Below, piece after piece: positions 33,630 through 43,490 of a DNA stretch of 43,490 bases. The stretch spans positions 155,563 to 199,052 of the forward strand of contig MU053859.1 of the NCBI GenBank assembly GCA_013239625.1. Reading direction: 5' to 3'. Both the position numbers and the translations under genes were made by a program. Below the pieces are notes generated by a model. That model saw only the letters and a list, made by a program, of their open reading frames with translations, had not been told where the DNA came from and ran no database searches. The stretch is from Lama guanicoe (Eukaryota). Numbering within the stretch: the stretch's first letter is position 1; every line of letters starts with the position of its first letter.

Positions 33630-34060
33630 GTCAATTCATAAAAAGACATTGAGGTAATGGGTCTTAAATATTCATTACTAAATGAAAGAAATCAATCTGA
33701 AAAGCTGTACAATTCCAACTATATGATATCCTGAAAAAGGCCAAGCTATGGAGACAATTAAAAAAAAAACAGTTATGGGGGTGGAGGGAATGGAGGGAGA
33801 TAAATTGGCCCAGAAGGGAGTATTTTAGGGCAGTGAAATTGTAATTATGCATATATGTCAATATACTTTTGTCCAAACCCATGGAATACAAAACACCAAA
33901 AATGAACAGTAAAGGAAACTATAGACTTTGGGTGATGATGACGTGTCAATGTAGGTTCATCTTTGGTGAAAGATGTCCCATTCTGATTAGTGTTACTGAT
34001 AACTGAGGAGGCTATGTATGTGTGTCGTTAGGGAGTATATGGAAAATCTCTGTAGCTTCC
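33630..34060 (+). mobile_element. Old L1MC-type 3' end
   Basis: attactaaatgaaagaaatcaatctgaaaag, tttgtccaaacccatggaat, aactatagactttgggtgatgatgacgtgtcaatgtaggttcat. Confidence 0.75.
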
Positions 34061-34099
34061 TGTCTGTGGTTTTTGAAGTTATCTCTGTTGCAACTGGAC

Positions 34100-35440
34100 C
34101 TTTTTTATTGTTGAGTTTTGAGAGCCCTGTATTCTAGGTGTGAGTCCTTTGTCAGACATCTGATGTGCATATTTTCCTCCCACTCCCAGGCTTCTATTTT
34201 TATTCTCTTACAAAGTATTATACAAAATAAAAGTTTTTCATTTTGATGAGATCTAGTTTTTAAATTTTTTTTCCTTTTATAAATCATGCTTTTGGTGTCA
34301 GGTCTAAGAATTTATTGCCTAGCTCTATATCCAAAATTTTTTCTCCTGTGTTGTTGTTTTTTTGTTCTCAAAATTTTCTAGTTTTATGTTTTAGATTTAA
34401 GCCTAGAGTCCCTTTGGGGCTAATATTTGCTTCAGATGTAAGATTAGGTTGAAGTTCATTTTTGCCAGTGGATGTCCAATTACTCCAGCATCATTTACTT
34501 ACTGAATTGCTTTTGTACCCTTGTGAAAATTCAGTTGGTCATATTCGTGTGGGTCTATTTATGGGTTCTCTATTCTGTTATGTTAATCCATGTGCCCAGC
34601 ACTCTGCCAATATTACTTTAATGACCTTAGCAATAGAGTAAGTCTTAACATCATATAGAATAATTCCTTCCACTTTATTCACCTTTTTCAAGATCATTTT
34701 AGTTATTCTAGGCCCTAGGGCCTTCCATTTGAATTTTGGAATAAGTTTGTCTATAGTCTATATATCTACAAAAATCCTGCTGAATTTTGATGAAAATTGC
34801 ACTGAACCTATAGGTCACTTTGGGAAGAACTGATATTTTTAGTATGTTAAGGCTTCAAATCCATGAATACAATCTTTACCTCCATTTATATGTAGTTTTT
34901 CTCTCATTCTGTATCAGCACTTTAAAATTTCAGCATTCCTATCTAGAATACGTTTTAATTTTATACATAAGTATTTCACTTTCTTTGGAATGATTATAGG
35001 TGCTACTGTGCTTTTGTTTCCACATGTTAATTGTTAGTATGTAAACAGTGATTAATTTTTGTGTGTTGAACTTGTATCCTGCAACTCGCTGGACCCACTT
35101 AATTCTAAGAGGTTGCTATTTTTTCTATTTTGAGGTGTTTTTTACATAGATAATCTTGTGATCTGCAAATTGGGGCAGTTTTCTTTCTAATCTGTATGTC
35201 TTATTATTTTTATTTTTTTTTATTTTTATTTTTATCCTATTGTATCACCTAGAACTTTCACTCTGATGTTGAATACTGATGGAGAGAGAGGACATAATTA
35301 CTTTGTTCCTGATACTAAGGAGAAATCATTTAGTCTTTCATCATTAAAAATGATGTTAGCTGTAAATTTTTTTTTTTTTGGTAGATGATGTTTATTGAGT
35401 TGAAGTGCTTCCCCTATTCCTAATTTTCTGAGAGTTTTTA
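34100..35440 (-). mobile_element. Old L1 ORF2 fragment
   Basis: Antisense ORF2 phrases (gtgggtctattt.tgggttctctattctgtt, ttagtctttcatcattaa..atgatgttagctgta). Confidence 0.8.
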
Positions 35441-37136
35441 ATCAAGTTTTTCCCTGGTTCCTTTAGGTGACTTTCTGTTGTATCCTAGACCTTTGGCTAT
35501 TATGTTTGGAAATTTAGGGAACTATTTATTTTTATTTTATTTTAGACTGCCTGTCTAAACAGGCAGCCATCCTGTTTAGACTTAGCATGCATGTTCTGAT
35601 GTACTGTTGTGATCAGTGGTTCCAATGACATTCTAATTTTCAGAGACTTTCCAGTGTTATTTTGATCTCCTTGGTTGATCTGGTGCCGCAAAGGCTCCCT
35701 TGGTCTCTGCTGGTGCTGCTTTACGGGGCAGAAGGACTTTCCCAAGCTACTCAGCCTGGCCCATCTCATTGGAGGAAGTGAGATTCCACCCCACAGAGAT
35801 GAAGGAAGCTTCATAGATGGTGATGAATTCACCCTTACTGGTGTTCCTGGCCATATGGTGTCTCTGGGTGGGACAGGGGGGTCTCAGATCTGGAAGAATG
35901 AGAGCTTTCCTTAGCTGCTCATGTCACTGGGCTCCACTAGGCCCCCTTTGCTGGTGCTGCTGGACTCCCCTGGAGTTGTCAGTGGGAAGCCATCAATCAG
36001 GGAGAGGAAAGAGACTACCTGGGTTGCCTTTTATCATTAGATTGGGGAATCAGGAAATGCCAAGTCATAGTAACTTTCTTCTGTTGGGTGTCATGGGAAG
36101 GGAACACAGAATTCTCTGACAGTTTTAGTTCTCCAGTCCTGGGGTCCCAAATCTTAAAACATTCTCCACAGGTAGTTCCTTGAGTTATTTCCAGACAAAG
36201 ATCAGGGACAGATGTGTCTACACCAGCTTGTCCTACAGGAAGTCATAGTCCCACCCACATTTTCCATCGAACTCCTCTTGCAGTAAGTCTAATCTAAACT
36301 CACTTCTTTTGACCTCGCTTCTCTTCTTTTCCATTTTTATTACTCTGGGTCTTTCTGTTTCTTGCTTTCTTCCTGTTCTTTGGTCATCTCTGCTCTTGAA
36401 GTCTCAATACACTCTCTGGTTATTACATTATATTCTGAGAAACACCAGAAGTCCAATTCTAATATTCTAGTATTCTGACTGGAATATTAAGAGCATCCAA
36501 TTTTCAAAATGAAACAGCCTCCATGGGCATTCCCACTGAAAAGATTTAAACACCAGCCCTAAATCTGTTTCACACATTGCAAAATAACAGCTGTACACAC
36601 ATGGGACATCCTTTCCAATGAACAAACATTGAAATACATTTCCAGTTTATTTATTTCATAATCAGAACATTAGCCTAATGAACAATGAGCTCAAATGAGT
36701 TTAAACATAACTTGCATCATTGCTGTGTTTAAAGCGGGTGCCCTTTATCTCAAGTGTTCCTAGATGACTTTCAGGAGAGTGTTTCATTGCTAAACTCTCC
36801 TTGACTCAGAGCCAAGAAACTCAGAAGAGTATTAAGTACACTCCATAACATAGCAGGACTACATGTTTTTAAGTAAACTGGCCACAAACTATTAAGAGTA
36901 ATTAGGGTGTTTTAAAAAATACACAACAGAAAAATATGTCACTCAAAAATATATTTATTTTATTTAATACAAAATAATAGCATCCCCACCATCTGCTAGG
37001 GAGTACACAAAGCACAGACAACATGGTGAAGGAAAAGCACTGTAGTCTCTCCCCACACGTGGACCCTACTTCTGCACCCACTGTGTGCCTCCAGCTGCTC
37101 TCCTCGAGTGGGCGCCCAGTTTGTCCCAGCTCTCAT

Positions 37137-37655
37137 TGTTGCGGAAAAATGTGTTACAGCTCGGTGTTATAGCTCAGTTGTGACAGCAACCTGGATCTGA
37201 GCGAGAGACTAAGCAACAGTCAGAGAGTTCGAGAACTCAGCTTTATTATGCCAGTGGGCCCAGAGGAGTTAACACTCCAAGCTCTGGACCCCGTCTGTAG
37301 GTTTGCACAGGACTTTATCATATGCAAATAAAGTATAACAAGTTGACCAACTAGGAATAAGCTTTGTAGAAATAGACCAATCAGGAGTGAGAGAAATACC
37401 CAATCAGGAGTGAGCTCCATGCAAATGAAGTACTACAAATGGACCAATCAGAAGTGAGAGTAATAACCAATCAGGAGTGAAGGAAACAATCAATCAGAAG
37501 TGAGCTCAGGGAACCAATAGAATTTTAGGGGTAAGTAAGCCGTTTCAGAGGCAAAAAGTGAGATCTTCCTGGTCAGGGAACCGGATGGTGCTGGCAGGAG
37601 AGAAGTGGCCCTGCCTGGGGGTCCTGCCAGTCTTTTTATGGGGCTTCCTGCCTCA
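37137..37655 (-). mobile_element. Solo LTR, CCAAT/octamer-rich family (copy 3)
   Basis: TG...CA with a perfect TSD tcat. ccaatcag repeats; ATGCAAAT at 37322 and 37419; a short deletion through the TATA region. Confidence 0.95.
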
Positions 37656-39096
37656 TCATGACCACAACTTACGGTGTGATGAGCATCCTGTTCCATGAGA
37701 GGTGGTCTGAACCACATATCCCAAGAAAGGCTGCCTGGTGGTGGACTGTGAGTAATTCTCAGTCAGCAAGCGTGTGTACATTTATGTATTGATGGGTGGC
37801 TCCTGTTTTCATGAAAGCAAAGAGAAGATAAGTAGAAACCATGCCTAAAGTTACAATTTTTAAATGTGTTATTTCATCCTGATTATAAAATTATACTCAC
37901 TGAAGACATTTTTGAAATTCCCAAAGAGTATATGAAGAAAAATTAAATTCAGTCATTAGAGAAGCATCATTAAAAAGTCGGGAAATGAGAAAACTGATTA
38001 AGAAAGAGCAACACAATGTAAATGAGGTTTAGATGGCGGAAATAAACGCTGTGAGAACACAGGAATGGGGAAACACAACCTGATGCAAAGATCAGAAAGT
38101 ACCTCCATGGATGGTGATGGTTAAATTAAGAGTCGCGATGAGCCAACCAAAGGACCTGCCTATGGCTGCAGCTCGCTGCTCACTGGGCACAACCAAAGAT
38201 GATCTACACCTCAGTCTTCACTCTCTGCTGAACTTCAGCTCTTTATGACACTGCAGCAGCCAACGTGGCTTTATATAATTCCAATTACTCCCGAATAGCT
38301 ATGCCCTGATTGCTTATACACGTTGCTGGAACAGCAAGATTATTCCCAATGGTTGTGAACACCATGGACGTTCTGTACAAGCCCTGCTTTGACAAGTTGC
38401 ACCCTCTGGAACAGTCCCACAAGTTGGGGTTCTGTGCGCTAGCAGAAAAATTGCTCAATATATGATCGCTTTTCTTCATTTTTTAATGGCAATTTGGAGG
38501 TGGGGGCAGAGATTTTAAAGAAAATGACTAAGAGAAGAAGATAGAAAACATTGACATAATTATATTTTATGACTTTGATTACCATGAGGCATTTGGGTTG
38601 TATACTGAAAGTAAAGGAGAAATCATTAAAAGATTTTTCAAAGGAGTGACCCATTCATATTTTGCATTAGGACAAACATTTTGATTACAATGTAAAGAAA
38701 GAGTCAGAACAAATTTAAAGTGGAAAAATGGGTAAGTCCCAAATTATGCAGATTTCTCTTTCTGTTGCAATCCCTGTAATTTTGGACGCTTGTTCCTATG
38801 AAGAAATGTTTCCCACATGAATTTTGAATAATTAATTCAACCAGTAATGATTTCCACTGAAGCATTAGAAACTGATTTATACAGCGGACAGACTTCCTGC
38901 TAGGGGCAGAGGAAAATAACAACGTAACATCACTTAGACATTCCCACAGGGGTGGCAGAAGTATTGGGGCCATTTTTTACTTTTATTTCCATTGAGCAAT
39001 AATGGAAGAATTCCATTGAGAATAATGGAAAAACTATTTAAATATTTACTATGAGGCAGATACAGTGGGAAGAGATTTTCATCTCTTAGCTCATTT

Positions 39097-40351
39097 GTTG
39101 TTTTTTTATTTAACATTTTTTATTGATTTATAATCATTATACAATGTTGTGTCAAACTCCAGTGTTCAGCACAATTTTTCAGTCATTCATGGATATATAC
39201 ACATTCATTGTCACATTTATTTCTCTGTGAGTTATCATAACATATTGTGTATATTTCCCTGTGCTATACAGTGTAATCTTGTTTCTCTTTTCTACAATTT
39301 TGAATTCCCAGTCTATCCCTTCCCGCCCTCCACCCTCCTGGCAACCACAAGTCTGTATTCTCTGTCTGTGAGTCTATTTCTGTCCTGTATTTACGCTTTG
39401 TTTTTGTTTGTTTGTTTGTTTTTGTTTTTGTTTTTAAGATTCCACATATGAGCGATCTCATATGGTATTTTTCTTTCTCTTTCTGGCTTACTTCACTTAG
39501 AATGACATTCTCCAGGAGCGTCCATGTTGCTGCAAGTGGCATTATGTTGTCAGTTTTTATAGCTGAGTAGTATTCCATTGTATAAATATACCACATCTTC
39601 TTTATCCAGTCACCTGTTGATGGACATTTAGGCTGTTTCCATGTTTTGGCTATTGTAAATAGTGCTGCTATGAACAGTGGGGTGCAGGCGTCATCCTGAA
39701 GTAGAGTTCCTTCTGGATACAAGCCCAGGAGTGGGATTCCTGGGTCATATGGTAAGTCTATTCCTAGTCTTTTGAGGAATCTCCACACTGTTTTCCATAG
39801 TGGCTGCACCAAACTACATTCCCACCAGCAGTGTAGGAGGGTTCGCCTTTCTCCACAGCCTCTCCAGCATTTTTCATTTGTGGATTTTTCCATGACGGCC
39901 ATTCTGACTGGTGTGAGGTGATACCTCATTGTAGTTTTATTTTGCATTTCTCTGATAATTAGTGATACTGAGCATTTTTTCGTGTGCCTTTTGATCATCT
40001 GTATGTCTTCCTTAGAGAATTGCTTGTTTAGGTCTTCTGCCCATTTTTGGTTTGGGTTGTTTATTTTTTTCTTATTGAGTCATAAGAGCTGCTTATATAT
40101 TCTGGAGATCAAGCCTTTGTCGGTTTCATTTGCAAAAATTTTCTCCCATTCCAAAGGTTGTCTTCTTTTTTACTTCTGGTTTCCTTTGCTGTGCAGAAGC
40201 TTGTAAGTTTCATTAGGCCCCATCTGTTTATTCTTGCTTTTATTTCTACTAGGAGAAAATTTTTGAAATGTATGTCAGATAATGTTTTGCCTATGTTTTC
40301 CTCTAGGAGCTTTATTGTATTTTGTCTTATGTTTAAGTCTTTGATCCATTT
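39097..40351 (-). mobile_element. Young L1 3' segment (ORF2 C-terminus + 3'UTR)
   Basis: ORF 39264-39998 is the L1 ORF2 end ([36 protein letters not shown]). Same subfamily 3'UTR as 1-560. Confidence 0.97.
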
Positions 40352-40352
40352 A

Positions 40353-40988
40353 CCATGAAACTGGAAATCAACAACAGAGAAACAAAGGAGAAAAAAAGGA
40401 AAGCATGGAGATTAAACAATATGTTACTGAAAAAACAAAGGGTCAATGAGGAAATCAAAGCTGAAATTAAAAAATACCTCAAGACAAATGACAATGAAAG
40501 CACAACTACTCAAAATCTATGAGACACAGTAAAAGCAGTGCTAAGAGGGAAATTTATAGTGATACAGGCCTTCCTCAAAAAAGAAGAACAATCTCAAATA
40601 AAAAATTTAACCCACCACCTGAATGAATTAGAACAAGAAGAACAAAAAGCCCCAAAAAGCAGCAGGAAGTAGGAAAGAATAAAGATCAGAAAGGAAATAA
40701 ATACAATAGAGAATGACAAGACCATAGAAAAAAATCAATGAAACCAAAATCTGGTTTTTTGAAAAAGTAAATAAAATCGACAAACCTCTGGCCAAACTCA
40801 CAAAGAAGAAAAAACAGAGAGCACAAATTAGCAAAATAAGAAAGGAATATGGAGAAATTACAACAAATAAAATAGAAGTACAGAATATCATATGAGAATA
40901 TTATGATAAACTATATGGAACCAAACTGGATAACCTAGAGGAGATGGACAAGTTTCTGGAAAAATACTGTCCACCAAGATGGAATCAA
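40353..40988 (+). mobile_element. L1 ORF2 segment (just after the endonuclease) in inverted orientation, joined to the preceding L1
   Basis: Plus strand reads MKLEINN...WRLNNMLL...KAVLRGKFI...WFFEKVNKIDKPLAKL...[12 protein letters not shown]. Confidence 0.93.
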
Positions 40989-41103
40989 TACTGAGAATTC
41001 TTTACAAGAAGCACAGTCCCTTTACACAGGAGCAGGTATGATACCATGTTCCAGACCATCCTCTCTCTCCCTGACAAATCTGCCCAGTGTCCCCTCTTAC
41101 CTA

Positions 41104-41215
41104 CTACTTAATATTCACCTTGCTACAAATCCAGTTCCTTTCTGTGTAGGTCCTGGAGGTGCTAATTCCATTGTCATTCAGGTAGGCATACTCCCCAACT
41201 CCTGTGATGGCAAAC
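41104..41215 (-). CDS. CLEC2 paralogue last coding exon
   Basis: ttggttttag|. Encodes [36 protein letters not shown], then TAG TAG. Confidence 0.93.
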
Positions 41216-43048
41216 CTAAAACCAAACACAAAAATATTAACAACAATGACAACAAAAAATCACAAGTGGGTCACCTACATTTATTGCCCCTCTATGTTCT
41301 ATTATCGTAGGTAAAATTACCTACTCCAGGTATTTTTAATGTGAACGAGAGAAAAGTGAAAATCTGTCATTCACATCACTTCTTAAATATACACCATTTC
41401 TGTATTTCGTTCCTTTTGTATTCTCAAAATCCCTGCTTCAATATCGCGAGATTAGCACCACCGATATCACACCCAGCTGGTACCGGGCAGGTGTTTAACG
41501 AGAGCTTGCTGTTGTAGCCAAGTGAGCTGTGGCCTTCGGGGGCCTCCAGTGAGGCTCATCCGCAGGGTCTCCTCACCTGCTTCGTGCATGTGGGGAAATA
41601 ACAGTGTTTACTTACTAGTCAATCCCTAAGAGGACTGAGCTTTGATAGAAGGAAGCAAAGGAGCCCCTCCGTTTTATCTGCTCCAATGCAACGGTTACAT
41701 GCACATTCCTCCCACTGAGATGTTCTCAATCCAAGGAGCGGTTACCGAGTTCCCTCCGGTGAGGAAACCTCAGGAGGGATTCCCGCTGGCTCCCTGACCA
41801 CCTCCTCTAACGGGGAGACGCAGCAGCTGGGAGAGTGGACTCCAGAGCCTGCGGGTGGCGAGTGCTCAGCGGCTTCCTGGGATTGCAGGACCGCCGTCGT
41901 GCACCGGCGGCTCCCTCCACATTCTTAATAAACATCTCAGCGCAGTTGAAGTCAGAGGGCGAAAGTGGCGGAATCATGTCAAATGTCATCCTTGCATGAA
42001 AGATTTAAGCTGAAGTCACAATAAGGCAAGTTTTTTCAAAGGCACAGCTAATAAATGCAAGAGTACGTAAAGGATTTATATTTCTTACCCCATTGTGCAA
42101 TAGCTTCCCATGATGTTAAATTTCTTTTCTCAGGAACAAATTCACATGCAAAACCACATTCCAACACCATGGAAGGAAAAGAAACCTAAAAACTTACAGG
42201 GCGTTATATGCACTGGAGTCTGTCCACTGCCAAACGTGACGTGGTGATTCTCTGCTAAGGCCAATCCAGTGATCAGGAGGGCCTTTGTATCTCCTCAGGA
42301 AATTCTGTTATAAAACACAGAAAGTAAATACATGTCTCTTTCACACTTCTCTTGAGTCTCTCTTCTCTCTGGCCTCCTTCTCCCTTTGGGTGGGAGCCTC
42401 GTAATAACTGAGAACCTTAGACTCCAGAGACAGCCCAGTCCTCAATCCTCAGCTTACGTCACTGAAATGTCTCTGAGCTTCAATTACTTGAAAGGGACCA
42501 TCCAACCCAAGTTGATTATGAAATTCCCAGTTTACGCCTGCGGTTCCAACGTAATATTAATATTAATATTGTAAGTCCCCCAAATGTCCCAATTTGGGTG
42601 ATAAATTACACGATTACCATGTTGCTTGATTCAATGGGAAGAATGTCTGGTCTCATAGGTTAACTGTGAGGATGACATGCAAGAATGTATCTAACTTGTC
42701 TCACAGAGTTTCAGGCAGAGAATACAACCCCAACAAATGTTAGGCGCCATCATGCGGCCCCCGCCACCACGTCTGCCCAGACCGGGCTCCTTCCTCCTCG
42801 TCCAGCTGCAACCTGACGCAGCCGGTCCTTCTCGGGGGGCTAAAGATTCAACAAAGACCGTGATCCGAAAATATTTCTTACCAGCTCCTCCTTGGTTTCA
42901 AACTGAGCAAGACCAGCATCTAACGAGGCACAGAACATCTGGCTGAATGTCCAATTCCTTGAGTCTTCAGAAAAATAAAAGCAGTTACTCCCAAATCTGA
43001 TCCATCCTTTTGGGCAGGTAACACACGGAACGCGCTCTGTGTTTTTTC
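41104..43048 (-). CDS. Second CLEC2-family (CLEC2D/Clr-like) gene, exons 3-5; exons 1-2 expected beyond the right edge: join(42882-43048, 42198-42304, 41104-41215)
   Basis: Exons of 167+107+112 nt, GT-AG and in phase: [127 protein letters not shown]. No lesions in the visible part. Confidence 0.92.
42198..42304 (-). CDS. CLEC2 paralogue WIGL exon
   Basis: ttttataacag| ... |gtaagt. Encodes [35 protein letters not shown]. Confidence 0.94.
42882..43048 (-). CDS. CLEC2 paralogue stalk/CTLD N-terminal exon
   Basis: aaattttag| ... |gtaaga. Encodes [29 protein letters not shown]...EEL. Confidence 0.93.
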
Positions 43049-43490
43049 CTAAAATTTGGACACACACAGCGAATGACAATGAATACACTTTCTCATCCCT
43101 TTTACCTATTTTTCCACTTAACCATCCTGAGGTCAGTCTTATTTTTTCACACATGTGTGTACAGACATATATACACATGTGTATGTGCGTGTGAATGTAT
43201 ACAACCAAATTCCAAAGTGAGGAACTTGAAGAAAAACACACCCAATTACCAACTGGACTCTTGGACTTTTATGGCCTTTGCTGAAACCATTTTGTTTTTC
43301 ATAAAATCTGAACAGGGGCTACTTTCTACAGGTAGACAGATTGTTAGAAATGCATGGATTTCTCCCAATAAATAGTTTTCCTTTATACCTATTTTGACAG
43401 CGTTCCTTACATCATTTCCTTCATCATCCATCATCTCATTCTGCTTCCGGAAGTGGAGCCCCAAGTGCCTGGCTCTGTAATGCATCCTCC

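Noticed and set aside
2979..37655. Possibility that the same-family LTRs are the two ends of one provirus
   Set aside because: Each copy has its own 4-bp TSD and no internal retroviral sequence adjoins them; copies 1 and 2 are also inverted.
41700..42000. Small GC/CpG-rich patch with an NF-kB-like agggattccc in the last intron of the paralogue
   Set aside because: Too short for a CpG island, and a single motif is expected by chance; no other support.

Overview
Mammalian genomic DNA, probably camelid (tRNA-derived SINEs of the Vic-1 type; no ruminant or pig SINEs recognised), from the NK-complex CLEC2 region. Two C-type-lectin-like genes lie on the minus strand. One is a complete five-exon CLEC2D/LLT1 gene (CDS 25232->7401, 197 aa, all junctions GT-AG and in phase). 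The other is the 3' half (exons 3-5) of a more rodent-Clr-like CLEC2 paralogue (43048->41104). CLEC2D intron 3 holds a young 5.6-kb gammaretrovirus-like provirus in the same orientation as the gene (LTRs about 98% identical, TSD ATAT, tRNA-Thr PBS). It has two large internal deletions, one fusing MA in frame to RT and one removing env SU, and an open integrase frame. The same intron holds a MER41-like solo LTR. Three solo LTRs of one CCAAT/octamer-rich family surround the gene. A decayed COBLL1 retrocopy, cut by a young L1, is at the left edge, and an inverted-deleted L1 sits just 3' of the second gene. The rest is older L1, SINE, MIR, MLT1 and LTR debris. I found no wholly new biological system. 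The best leads are retroelement effects on CLEC2D regulation and processing, and the non-autonomous ERV architecture. Family names come from recalled consensus sequences, not database searches.
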